Assembly: GCF_001194135.2 (NCBI RefSeq)
Contig: NC_068993.1
Location: 41,245,926 to 41,309,925, forward strand
From: Octopus bimaculoides
Lineage: Eukaryota
Direction of reading: 5' to 3'
Length of the DNA: 64,000 nt
Position numbers and translations under genes: made by a program. Under the pieces are notes generated by a model. That model made no database searches. It was not told the origin of the DNA and saw only the letters and a program-made list of their open reading frames with translations. Shown piece after piece: positions 38,674 through 51,817 of this stretch. The number at the start of each line of letters is the position of its first letter. Positions within the stretch are counted from its first letter, which is position 1.

Positions 38674-39574
38674 AAATAAGAAAAGAGAGAGATAATTAAT
38701 AAATTGTTATTTATTAAGTAAAAAATTGACTAACATCCCTTACAGCTGTTTCAATTCAAAACCTTAAGAAAACTAATTACTAAAATTAAAAATTATTTTG
38801 AGTAAACGGCTGCAAACCGATAACTGATGAAATTTATACATAGATAACATAGTATAAAACATGGTATATACCTTAGAAAGGGGAGTAAGGTTGTGTATAT
38901 TGGAGTTGTACAGTAAGAATAGATCAATATATTCATCTAGAGTGTTTAGTATAAGAAAAAACTCAAGTAGATATATTGTATAAATGTCATATATTATGAT
39001 ATCATGTCCATCCGTATTAAATCATTAGAAATTTAGTATGTAGAGTTTAATTCAAGTGTGTATAGTTATTATTAATATCTAATTATGGTGGAAGACATTC
39101 CAGGCAATCTATTACTTATTATAAATATCGAAAGGGTTAAAAAACTAATTTCCTATTGATTTAATACGGATGGACATAATATCATAATATATGACATTTA
39201 TACAATATATCTACTTGAGTTTTTCTTATACTAAAGACACTAGATGAATATATTGATCTATTCTTACTGTATAACTCCAATATACACAACCTTACACCCC
39301 TTTCTAAGGTCTATACCATATTTTATACTATGTTCTTTAGGTATAAATCCATCAGTTAACGGTTTGCAACTGTTTACTCAACATGCAGGAATCGAACACC
39401 TATTTTGTATATCTTAACCTAGGTTTGACGAGATTCGACTATCAAAATAATTTTTAATTTTAGTAATTAATTTTCTTAAGGTTTTGAATTGAAACAGCTG
39501 TAAGGGATGTTAACTAATTTTTTAATTAACAAATAATAATTTATTAATTATCTCTCTATTTTCTGATCTTATTT
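38674..39574. repeat. Long inverted repeat (arms 38674-39037 and 39144-39574, spacer about 106 bp)
   Basis: The arms are complementary throughout, e.g. TAACATCCCTTACAGCTGTTTCAATTCAAAACCTTAAG vs CTTAAGGTTTTGAATTGAAACAGCTGTAAGGGATGTTA. The right arm has an extra 64 bp. Confidence 0.95.
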
Positions 39575-39593
39575 ATATATGTATGTATGTGTT

Positions 39594-39665
<72 letters not shown>

Positions 39666-39744
39666 CTAGTGGGACCATGGAAATTCTACGGAATGGAAAA
39701 AATTAAGAGGACCTATTTAAGAAAAAAAGGATGATTTGCATTTT

Positions 39745-39934
39745 CATAGAATTCCCCACCTGGACGGGACGCCGGTCCGTCACTAGATAATTCATTTTTG
39801 CCAGCTGAGTGGACTGGCGCAACGCGAAATGAAGTGATTTGCTCAAGAACACAACGTATCGCCCAGTCTAGAAATCGAAACCGTAATCTTACGATCATGA
39901 GTGCAACGCCCCAACCACTAAACCACGCACATCC
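39745..39934 (-). mobile_element. tRNA-derived SINE, family D-type head with a different 3' part
   Basis: The reverse complement reads GCGTGGTTTAGTGGTT (A box)...GGTTTCGATTTC (B box)...TTGTGTTCTTGAGCAAATCACTTCATTTCGCG...CCAGTCCACTCAGCTGGCAAAAATG. Confidence 0.8.
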
Positions 39935-40179
39935 ACCAGAGGAGAATAGCGTTTTAGTGATGAGCTTTTTCTTAAAAGTGGCATGAAAAAGACATGATAG
40001 TAACCGTGTGTGGTGGATGGTTGGTGTATGTGTATGTGGATAGAAGAGAGAAGATTCATAGTTTGCTGAAAAGTATTTATGAATGTTGGGATGTGAAGGA
40101 GGAAGGCAGAATTGTTTGAGAAAGGCAACGTGATAGTTCATAGTATTTAAGTATAATATGTTCAGCCGGGAAAATAGAG

Positions 40180-41030
40180 ACTGGAGATCCATTGGTTATA
40201 TAAAACAAAGTGTAAGATGCTGATAGGTATGTCCAGAACAATGAAATAATGGGATATAGTTGGGAGTGATCCGGTATTGTTACATCGGTCGTCTAATAGG
40301 CGTTATCTAAATCTATTTACTACTCACGGATTTGGCATTTTATGCAGTGAATAATGTTCTGGTGAACTGGTCGGCAACATTGAATGCGAAGGTCGAACCA
40401 TACATGATGGTAATAAATTGGATGAAAGGACGCTGTTGTAGTTGGGGGCAAGCAAGGGATATAACTTGGTTGTAGTGAGAGGTTAAGGCGCTATTGAATA
40501 GAAGAGCACGTAGACTGCAGTTACGTCTGAACGAAGAAAAAGGGTATTCCGGCATTAGGTGGAACGTAGTGATGTCAGATCAGAGTAGACGCAAGTTCTG
40601 TACGATGGTACGCTTAAAGATGGAGTGCAATTTGGAGGAAAGAAAAGGCAGTTGATGGTGCTATGAATAATCGGATAGAAGATGATGTATGGTCAAATGT
40701 ACAGGTATACAACAATGGGAATTGTTAGCGGGTGGTAGCGGTATTCATTTTATATGAAGTTGTGGACCATGTAGTGCAACTGAGCAATAAAGTCTGAGCT
40801 TCGATTACAAAGTGGAAGAGGATGATTTACCAAAAGGTAAATGAGAAGATTTGAGATGAAGTTAAGGTAAGAGCAGGTATGGGCAGGTTTGTGAGAGAAA
40901 GAAATGTAGACAATCCAGGAAGTTTACAGAGATGGCATCTCACTGGAAATGGAGGTGGTACTCATAAACCTCTCGATGCAACACTATATATATCCGTGAT
41001 GGGTCAGGCGAATTGGGTGAAAATTTGGCT
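40180..41030 (-). mobile_element. Highly decayed Penelope-like element (RT end to GIY-YIG region)
   Basis: An 850-bp purine-skewed block. The minus strand retains FLD and FNVADQFT..NIIHCIKC, resembling the F.C.S.N.IY.I.C motif ahead of GIY-YIG; many stops are present. Confidence 0.45.
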
Positions 41031-41376
41031 TGTGTTTGATTTAAATATCAATTACTACTCATTTCCCTTCGTAGACAGGAAAATTAACACACCCATTCAC
41101 ACAGAAACACTCACACACAGATATGTGCATGTACACATATATATGTATGTGTGCGCGGCGCGCTTGTGTATTAATCTTTAGTTAATGCTATTATTTTTAA
41201 GTAATTTGAAAAATAATAACGAATCATTTATTGATGCAAATGACGTATCAATACAGAGAATAAAATCAAATTTATTATAAATTTTGAATTGAATAAAATT
41301 TTCTGTTTCGCCAGACGGTTTATTTTCAACCAATGAAGAAAGTGAGTGTGAGGTATAACTTCAAAAATATTTCCCA

Positions 41377-41428
<52 letters not shown>

Positions 41429-41443
41429 GTCTGTCTGCTCATA

Positions 41444-41474
<31 letters not shown>

Positions 41475-41528
41475 GTATGCATGTATGTCTGTCTGATGAT
41501 TTCCTTGTCTCTCTCTTTTTATATATAT

Positions 41529-41918
41529 CTTTTACTTGTTACAATCATCTGACTGCGGCCATGTTGGGGCACCGCCATGTAGAATTTTAAGTCGAATGAA
41601 TCGAACCCAGTACTGTTTTCTGAGCCTTCTACTTTTTCTATCGGTCTCTTTTGCTGAACTTCTAGGAATCGGGGACGTTATCATACAAACATAGGTTGTC
41701 AAGGTATGGTGGAGACAAACACAGATACAATGGGATACAGATATATATATACATACCATAGGCTTCTTTCAGTTTCCGTCAACCAATTCCACTCACGGCT
41801 TTGGTCGGCCCAATGCTACAGTAAAAGACATTTGCTCAAGATCCCATGTTATGGGACTGAACCCGGATCCATGTGCTTGGGAAGCAAGTTTCTTACCACA
41901 CAGCCATGCCTGCGCATA
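41529..41918 (-). mobile_element. Full-length SINE family A, diverged
   Basis: Both modules are collinear with 26291-26698. Confidence 0.85.
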
Positions 41919-43028
41919 TGTATATATGTATCTATGTATATATATATATATATATATATATACATACATACATATACATATATGTTTAATACAGGCACTG
42001 TTTTTCGGAGAGAGACAGTCAAACACTAAAATAAAGACGATCATTCGAAACCTTTCAGTATTTATTTTTTAATATGTTAAGAGAAAAGGTTGATAGTTAC
42101 TTCGAAGTTACAGCTAAGTACCCTTTACTACGATGGCTACATAACCAAAACTTCGAAGTGTCAATCTTTTCTTTGCAAAAATACACACGCACACACGCAT
42201 GAACGTACACACATATACACACATACATATGTACTTGCAATTGTTTTGTGTACGTGTTTAAGTGTGTACATAAATGTATGTATGCCTGCATGTGTATCTG
42301 CATGTGTATTTATATGTGTTTGTGTATGTGTATGCATTTGTATGTGTGTGCAAATGTAGAGAAGATATGATATTTAAGCATTATAAACACTTTAAAAGAA
42401 AACATCTGCAGTAGTAAGTGATTTATAGAAACTTCCTTCTACCTCTCCGCTCTCCCAAAATGGTGGCGCTAAAAAATATTAGATACACACACTCACAAAT
42501 ATATGCATGTATGTATGAACGTCTGTATGTATGTATGCATATATGAACGTATGTATGTATATATATATATATATNNNNNNNNNNNNNNNNNNNNNNNNNN
42601 NNNNNNNNNNNNNNNNNNNNNNNNNNNNNNNNNNNNNNNNNNNNNNNNNNNNNNNNNNNNNNNNNNNNNNNNNNNNNNNNNNNNNNNNNNNNNNNNNNNN
42701 NNNNNNNNNNNNNNNNNNNNNNNNNNNNNNNNNNNNNNNNNNNNNNNNNNNNNNNNNNNNNNNNNNNNNNNNNNNNNNNNNNNNNNNNNNNNNNNNNNNN
42801 NNNNNNNNNNNNNNNNNNNNNNNNNNNNNNNNNNNNNNNNNNNNNNNNNNNNNNNNNNNNNNNNNNNNNNNNNNNNNNNNNNNNNNNNNNNNNNNNNNNN
42901 NNNNNNNNNNNNNNNNNNNGGAATAAAATAAAAGAAGAAATTTATAAAATAATAAAATATAGTAAAATATCGCTTAAGATCAAGATTATTTAGTAAAGCT
43001 TAGAGCACTCAAACAGGCGTATCTATTC

Positions 43029-43086
<58 letters not shown>

Positions 43087-44463
43087 CTCACACACATACA
43101 TATATACATATATATACACACACATATATCTATCTTTATCTAAATACATATTTTAATATATTACTCCCCCACCCCAGTTCTATGAATATATACTCACGCA
43201 CAAATGTACGTATACTTGCATACGTTCATGTATACATACGCACATGTCTACCAAAAATCTTCATTATATACATATGTACACAAACGCACGCATACACACC
43301 CACATACACACCCACATGCACACCCACATGCACACGAGCCCATGTATGTGTATATAAATGTGCGTGCGTGCAAGTGTATACTCAGAACCATATATGAATA
43401 AATACACACACACATATACACGCACACACGTGTATGCACATGTATATGTATAGATATATATTTTTATATTCAAATATATATGTATATGTATATATATATA
43501 AATATATATACAAATATACACACACACACACATATATATATATACATAAGATNNNNNNNNNNNNNNNNNNNNNNNNNNNNNNNNNNNNNNNNNNNNNNNN
43601 NNNNNNNNNNNNNNNNNNNNNNNNNNNNNNNNNNNNNNNNNNNNNNNNNNNNNNNNNNNNNNNNNNNNNNNNNNNNNNNNNNNNNNNNNNNNNNNNNNNN
43701 NNNNNNNNNNNNNNNNNNNNNNNNNNNNNNNNNNNNNNNNNNNNNNNNNNNNNNNNNNNNNNNNNNNNNNNNNNNNNNNNNNNNNNNNNNNNNNNNNNNN
43801 NNNNNNNNNNNNNNNNNNNNNNNNNNNNNNNNNNNNNNNNNNNNNNNNNNNNNNNNNNNNNNNNNNNNNNNNNNNNNNNNNNNNNNNNNNNNNNNNNNNN
43901 NNNNNNNNNNNNNNNNNNNNNNNNNNNNNNNNNNNNNNNNNNNNNNNNNNNNNNNNNNNNNNNNNNNNNNNNNNNNNNNNNNNNNNNNNNNNNNNNNNNN
44001 NNNNNNNNNNNNNNNNNNNNNNNNNNNNNNNNNNNNNNNNNNNNNNNNNNNNNNNNNNNNNNNNNNNNNNNNNNNNNNNNNNNNNNNNNNNNNNNNNNNN
44101 NNNNNNNNNNNNNNNNNNNNNNNNNNNNNNNNNNNNNNNNNNNNNNNNNNNNNNNNNNNNNNNNNNNNNNNNNNNNNNNNNNNNNNNNNNNNNNNNNNNN
44201 NNNNNNNNNNNNNNNNNNNNNNNNNNNNNNNNNNNNNNNNNNNNNNNNNNNNNNNNNNNNNNNNNNNNNNNNNNNNNNNNNNNNNNNNNNNNNNNNNNNN
44301 NNNNNNNNNNNNNNNNNNNNNNNNNNNNNNNNNNNNNNNNNNNNNNNNNNNNNNNNNNNNNNNNNNNNNNNNNNNNNNNNNNNNNNNNNNNNNNNNNNNN
44401 NNNNNNNNNNNNNNNNNNNNNNNNNNNNNNNNNNNNNNNNNNNNNNNNNNNNNNNNNNNNNNN

Positions 44464-44696
44464 CGTAGAATGTGTGCAGTACCCAGTAGTGCAATTTTCT
44501 GTATGTTATATAAATTTGTAAGTCCTGGTGTTTTTGTTATGTATTTGTCTGAATATTTTTTTATTATACCTAAGGCACCTACTATGATAGGAATTGTTTC
44601 TGTTTTTAGATTCCACATTCGAGTTATCTCTATTTCCAGGTCTTTGTATTTTGAAAGTTTTTCCATTTCTTTTAGAGAAACGTTGTCATCCGCTGG
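44464..44696 (-). mobile_element. R4/Dong-like RLE non-LTR retrotransposon C-terminal fragment, 5'-truncated at a TAA repeat
   Basis: Uninterrupted PADDNVSLKEMEKLSKYKDLEIEITRMWNLKTETIPIIVGALGIIKK..IQKIALLGTAHIL; near-identical to 32400-32605. Confidence 0.9.
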
Positions 44697-44745
44697 TATT
44701 ATTATTATTATTATTATCATTATTATTATTATTATCATTATTATT

Positions 44746-44782
<37 letters not shown>

Positions 44783-45010
44783 TCTTTCTTCTTTATCGTT
44801 TCTGTTTTATCTTTCCTTCCTAATTTTCTCCCTTCTACAACCTCCCCCTCTTCCTCTTCCTCCCGCTTCTCCTCATCCTCATTTTCTTCCTCTTCACTGC
44901 CATCACCACAACCGCCTCCACCATCCAACCACCACCATCAACGCCCCCGATACCACCACCGTCTTCTTGTTCTTGTTCTTGTTGTTGTTGTGCTTCTTCT
45001 TCTTCCTCTT
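44697..45010 (+). repeat. (TAT)n-(TGT)n followed by (TCC/TTC/CAC)-rich low-complexity DNA
   Basis: Read directly; the source of ORF 44594-45328. Confidence 0.9.
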
Positions 45011-45440
45011 CTTCTTCTTCTATCCTCCACCCCAACATCCGCTTACATCGCCTTTCAATTTACCTGTACGTGTAAGACTATCTGTCTTTCACTCACCTTA
45101 ACCTCCATTTGTCTATTATTCCCCATATACCTAACATTCTCTCTCCCCCTCTCTCTCCTTCGCTCCCTCGCTCTCTCTTTCTCCCCCTCTTCTTCATTCC
45201 TATGTCTTAGGTTTATAGCTAGAGAATCTTGTCTAATAGCTATTTACATATGTTTAATTATACATAAACGCAACCATATGTACCACTGCTTAAACTTGTT
45301 CGTACAAATATGTCACACACGTATGTAAGCTAAGATGCGAATGTGTGCCTATACGCACGAACATACATGCAAACACACACACATAGGCATATATATATAT
45401 ATATATATATATATACGCATATATATGTGTGTGCGTGCTT

Positions 45441-45473
<33 letters not shown>

Positions 45474-45526
45474 GATAATACATATATATACATACATATG
45501 CATACATACAAACACAATTACACGCA

Positions 45527-45571
<45 letters not shown>

Positions 45572-46222
45572 GTCTATGTGTATATATGTACGCATGCAGT
45601 TGTATATGCAGCACGACTGATTGGTTCTAAAATTCCTTTCGCAACGTCGGTGTCTGCGTTCGAGCCCGTCTTGGGAAACTCTCATTTTCTTTAGCCTTGG
45701 TACCATCAATAATTTACGAACGAAAATCGAAAGGCGGAAAATGTACAAAAGCCTGTTGGGTGGCTTATACCAGTCATTCCAACGGTACTATAGTGCTCCA
45801 ACTCTGCTTGGGAAGTACGTTAAAGGTCTACGTAACTACGGAACACTTAACCACTCACAGGTTATCTCAGCAGTGAGTATATATATATATATATATATAT
45901 NNNNNNNNNNNNNNNNNNNNNNNNNNNNNNNNNNNNNNNNNNNNNNNNNNNNNNNNNNNNNNNNNNNNNNNNNNNNNNNNNNNNNNNNNNNNNNNNNNNN
46001 NNNNNNNNNNNNNNNNNNNNNNNNNNNNNNNNNNNNNNNNNNNNNNNNNNNNNNNNNNNNNNNNNNNNNNNNNNNNNNNNNNNNNNNNNNNNNNNNNNNN
46101 NNNNNNNNNNNNNNNNNNNNNNNNNNNNNNNNNNNNNNNNNNNNNNNNNNNNNNNNNNNNNNNNNNNNNNNNNNNNNNNNNNNNNNNNNNNNNNNNNNNN
46201 NNNNNNNNNNNNNNNNNNNNNN

Positions 46223-46265
<43 letters not shown>

Positions 46266-46490
46266 ATACAGACATGTACATACATATGTACATATACATA
46301 AATATATACACACATATGTACGGGAACTTTAATACCTTACTTTGAGTAATAATATGTGTCCAAGCTTACTCATTCTTTGAGGTTCTCGTTCCTTGCGCAA
46401 TATAAATACATGTGTATGTTTATCTAGCAATACATGCACACACAAACATACACATACGTCCGCACATATAAAGATATGTTTGTATATACA

Positions 46491-46532
<42 letters not shown>

Positions 46533-46908
46533 GAGAGGTACATACAATCATATACATGTAAATACATGTATGTATATATGTGTGTAAGTTTGTATGTACA
46601 CACACACACGCACACATACACATATATGCATTTACATACACAAACACAGACGCAGATACAAACACACACACACACACACACACATACTGTATCGCTATAA
46701 CCACGCATATTTACAAGCACTCGCACATAGCACTCACGATATATTTACACGATATAATCCCAGGCGTGCCCAACCTAGGGAACTGGTTTGTTACTAAAAT
46801 ATTAAAGACAGCTTTATCTTTCCACTAACATTATGTAGAATCACTAATTTTTTTCGTTTGTCAGTTTATATTGCTCTAAGGCTAGATTTAAAAAAAAAAC
46901 AGTCGTCG

Positions 46909-46940
<32 letters not shown>

Positions 46941-48019
46941 ATTCCACTTTCTATTTTATTTTACCATTTTATTGGTTTCTTTCATTCTTCAAGCGATGTT
47001 TATGTCTCTTTCCTGTCTATATATTATCCATTATCTTCGTTTTTGTTTTTCTCTTTTATAATTTTCTTAATGTTTTTGTCTTATTTTTTTCTGGTCTTTA
47101 TTTTTTTTTTTTTAATTTTTTTTTTGCATTCTTTTACTATAAGCTACAGAAGTTTAAAAATGTCAGTAAGTTGGAAACTTTGAAAACAGACTTCAATTCC
47201 GTTTCAAGACAGTCGTCCATTATTTAAAAGTCCCCCTCAGCATTTTGGCTTTATTATCTGGCAACGAAACAAACACTATTCGGATCACAAGAAGGGAAGC
47301 TAAGTATAAAAGCTGAGATCAATATCAATCCTAAATTTCGATCAATTGAAACAATTTCATATTCGTCTAAAGGAGTAGTTTTAAAATTACTATAGAGAAC
47401 AGGAAAGAAATTTCTGTGAAGCCAAACCTTTGAATCGGTCTCGATACACGCCTTACTCAACTTACGTCAAAATATAAAATTTCTTTTCATCTTAATTATA
47501 GAACTTTTTGCCGTTCATTAACTTATTCATTAACCATTCATTACTTTATTCAAAGTATTTTCATAGGTTTGTTGTAAATGTTCATGATTGTTTTTCAGAC
47601 TTTTAGTAATGCATTCTTTCATACGTTCTCAATAATATGAAACTTTATTTTTATATGTCCCAAATAACTCTAGTAGTTGAAAAAAATTGGAAATGTGTAT
47701 CACATATGATACATGGACGCCAGAGAAATGTGTTCAGGCCTCTCTGACACATTTTATCATCCTGCATGTCACATGTGATGCACAGAACAGACAAAAGATT
47801 AAAGACGCAAGAAATAATATTGTAAGGAGTCATCAACGGAACTGTTAGTAATATACTCGAAAAGATTACACATTTCAAAGAATTCATTACCAGAATCGTC
47901 TGTAGTATGCGGCAATTACGAAACTACAGACAATTCGTTGAATTCGAAGACTAGAACTCGATTCGAACTTGAAACTTTATATGAATATTAACATTCTCGT
48001 CATATTATTTCTGTACGTT

Positions 48020-48268
48020 AAGGCGGCGAGCTGGCAGAATCGTTTGCACGCTGGGCGAAATGCTTAGCGGCATTTCGCCGGTCACTACTTTCTGAGTTCA
48101 AATTCCGTCGTGGTCGACTTTGCCTTTCATCCTTTCGGAGTTGATAAAACAAGTACCAGTTGACCACTGGAGTCGATAAAACAAGTATCGGTAGAATACT
48201 GATGTCGATGTAATCGACAAATCCCCACCTCCCCTAAGCTGCCCTTGCGGCAAAAATTTGAAATAATT
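48020..48268 (+). mobile_element. SINE family B with an internal duplication of about 35 bp
   Basis: AAGGCGGCGAGCTGGCAGAATCG head and GAGTTCAAATTCC B box; GATAAAACAAGTA occurs twice. Confidence 0.88.
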
Positions 48269-48344
48269 ATTTCCGTATGTTTGTTAATAGACAAGAGGAA
48301 ATAACTCACAACTGTTGTACGTCCTCGCAGAGTGATAAGCTTGA

Positions 48345-48450
48345 TGGAGTTGATGCTCGTTTTCATCATCTATAGTTTAACTAAAAATGCTACTTGGCAT
48401 GGGAAAGAATTCCAGAGGATTGTAGTTACGGGGAGGAAGGGTTATTGTTG
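48345..48450 (-). mobile_element. Possible CR1/Jockey-type ORF2 C-terminal relic
   Basis: The minus strand gives FLPVTTILWNSFP..KTSIN, resembling FF.RT..LWNSLP..FKS.IN. Confidence 0.35.
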
Positions 48451-48690
48451 TTTAGTCCCGGATTACCCGTGGTCGAATAGGCTTAGGAATGACTAAAAGC
48501 GTTCCATGAGATAATTATGTTTATAATTTTATTATGTACAGGTCCATACTTTCCAGTATGACATTTTAATTTTCGATGAGTATGATTTTGCTGTGTATTT
48601 GGCTATTGTTCATACCATGCTGATGTTCCTTCATTAGTTCCCAAACGACAGAATGGTGGGTGTGCTTCTCGATAGGTCTGTCTAAGAAAC

Positions 48691-48860
48691 TTCCTCTTTA
48701 GCTCCGACAGGAGTGGTGGGGGTCTCCTTCGTTAGCTCAGAAAGAACTGGGTAAGGGAGTATTCTCTTTAGCTCGGAAAGGCCGAGGGAGCCTCTCTCAT
48801 TAGCAAGAAAATAACTGAAGTGGGAGCTCTCTTGTTAACACGGAAGAACAGAAAAAGTGT
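48691..48860 (+). repeat. Degenerate minisatellite, about 34-bp period, 5 units
   Basis: TTAGC/TTAAC anchors at 48698, 48732, 48768, 48800 and 48835. Confidence 0.6.
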
Positions 48861-49353
48861 CGGGATGAAATGTGTGTGTGTGTGTGTGTGTGAACCGTTG
48901 GTCCCGAGAAAGGACGTATCCAATTATCTAATTCAGAGGAGCAGAGGTAGTTCTTTTAGTGTCAGAAGAAATGTAGAGTAGCCTCAGTACAAGTAGATGC
49001 GAGCAAGTGGATCAAGTATGTTAATGATCGAGTCTTTACTATTGAGTTGGACGGATTTCTCCTGAATTTTAAACACCGACTTTTGGGTGTATAATATCAG
49101 CACTGTCTCAGATATGCGAACTATATCTTAACTATTACATCTGTCTATGCTAGTAGAAATATTTTGAATGGAAGTGAGGGAGAATCTAAAGGTAGAGTAA
49201 TATGCGTAGTGAGTAGAAAATATTGCATGAAATGCAAGAGAAAGAGGGCAATGAATCCATCAAAGTCAGCAATGTTGTGAGATGAAGATATAACGCAACA
49301 AATATCTAAAGCGAGAGAAGAGAGAGGGTGAGGGAGAGAAAGTGGGCGGAGAC

Positions 49354-49412
<59 letters not shown>

Positions 49413-49961
49413 GCACAGAAGAGGAGCAAAGGAAGTTTGATATATAACAACAGATAGATAAATGGAGATGGAGAATATAGAAAACAAAGAAAGAGTGTAC
49501 ATGAATGAATGGGGAGGGTCAGGGTTTGAAAACATGGCGTGGAGAAATACGATCACATTCTTTTTGATATATTTATCTGCACAAGCATTTGTTTGCGTAT
49601 CTACAGCATCCACATCATTGCAGTACATCTGGGGCCAATTAACTAAACTAGTGCTGAAGTGTGTTAGTACATGGTAAACTATTGCTCCAGATTTTCTTTT
49701 GAACTCTGTTACACTCTGTATTCAATTGTCCTGCACCTATTACAGAGATAACAACTAATTAATCAAGGTATTATATTTCAGGTTCTCCAACTCGAGCTAT
49801 TACAAGATTTTGCAATTTTTTTTTATAGTTACATTTTCTCTTGATATAGAATAAGCTTTTCGAAGAACATAAAGAAAATTGGCACGTTCTGAGTGCAGTT
49901 CACACTTCTATTAAAAAAATGGTCTAATATTTCACGACTTACACTTGTGCTCATATATACA

Positions 49962-50071
<110 letters not shown>

Positions 50072-51356
50072 TTTCTAGCATTGATACAAGAGCTAAAACG
50101 TGTATGTTCACATATGTTTGTATGTATAAGTGTGAACGTGTGAATGTTTTGTTTGTTTGTAATTGTGTGTAGCTGATTTAATCGATCCTAGTATTTGGCT
50201 GGAACATTTTTTTTTGTCGGTGGGTGAAGAGTAAAGTTGATCTTAGTGGTATTTAAACATAGAGCATAAAGGTTCCTTTGCATTCAGACTTTTTCGATCA
50301 ACCACTAGATGAAACCTCTACTTACTGTATACAAACTATCTATGTCCATTGCTGGTCTTCCCTTTCAAGGCTATCAATCTTGGAAAGGGCACGACTGTGC
50401 TTCCACACTATTGCTTGAACAATGACATGAAATTTTTAAGTTTTTCAATATTATAGTTTCTCCTGTTTTACATAATTGGCATCATCTGAAATACACTTAA
50501 CAAAATTAATGACAAATTTAAGAGAGAAATTAGTCTCCAGCATTGAACCAATATCAACATAGTAATCGAGAGGTTGAACAACATTAGTGATGAACGGAGT
50601 TCTACAATTATTATTCGATATTTCTAATTTCTACCGTCCATATCCGTTCAGTATTTGATAACGATACAACGTTATAGATTACATTGGCTTAGAGATCACC
50701 ATATGTGCCAAGCCTTTACTTTTCGATAAGGTCACAGTATGGATAAAATATCAGTCATCATATGTTTATTCGATGTTAAGTATGGGGTCGTATGTAAGCG
50801 CAGATATATGTGATTGCATCGGTCCACATATATAGGATGTTTTGAAAAGTTTATTCAACAGTTCCGACACAGTTTTGTGTAGAGATGACATAGTCTTGTG
50901 TAGACATGAACATACGCTAAATTTAGAAGGGACCTTATCAGCACCATCAATTTGCTGAACGCAAAAATAATCATTAATACCAACCCAAATGTAGCGAATG
51001 TCTTATATATCATCCTTCATTTCGATCACAATATTTATGAACCCCACTACAAGTCTAATGTGAGTCTAAAATGTGTAAACGCTAAATCATGCCAATCGCA
51101 TGTAAAGTTTGAGAATTTAATCAATACTATGAGCACAACTATTGCTAATTTCTTTCATAGACCTCATATTACGATCTGGCTTCACACCAGGTTCTCATTA
51201 ACAGTAAAAACTAATATAGTTAAAAGCTTCTGCACACTATTTGATAAACACTTCTTTTGTCAATACTGCTACAGAAGAATTTTAAACAGACGAGCATTCC
51301 AGATATGAAAAGCACAATAACTCATATACCAGAAAACCTACTGAAGAAAAGCGTCC

Positions 51357-51388
<32 letters not shown>

Positions 51389-51456
51389 TTCATTTTTCAT
51401 TTTCATTTTATCTAGTTTCAGCTCATGAGCTGTGGCCATACATGCATGCATACACA

Positions 51457-51487
<31 letters not shown>

Positions 51488-51756
51488 GCACATATATATA
51501 TAAAGAAGGGTATCCCCTTATTTAGAGTGGATGTAACTTTACATAAAAAAGAAATTGCGAGTCTACTTTGAGTCTCACATGAGGCTTGGCTATACATGAT
51601 AGTCGTGGGCAGCTTAGACCGTGGTAAAACTCAGCGTAGCCTGGCAATTTTTGATACAATAAACACGTTCGTGACTCTCTCTCTATATATATATATGTCT
51701 TTAATATATATGTATATATACGTATATATATGCGTATATATATGCGCATATATATG

Positions 51757-51817
<61 letters not shown>

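Noticed and set aside
44594-45328. 244-aa plus-strand ORF with Leu/Ser/Pro/His runs
   Set aside because: It is antisense of the RLE fragment plus trinucleotide low-complexity DNA.
48691-48860. CRISPR-like repeat-spacer appearance
   Set aside because: Eukaryotic context, poorly conserved repeats, mutually related spacers and no cas genes.
50270-51340. 118-aa ORF, and a minus frame with faint cadherin-like (LERE) or pogo-like (QPLD) words
   Set aside because: The minus frame has roughly as many stops as expected for AT-rich DNA, and the motifs are too short and mutually inconsistent.
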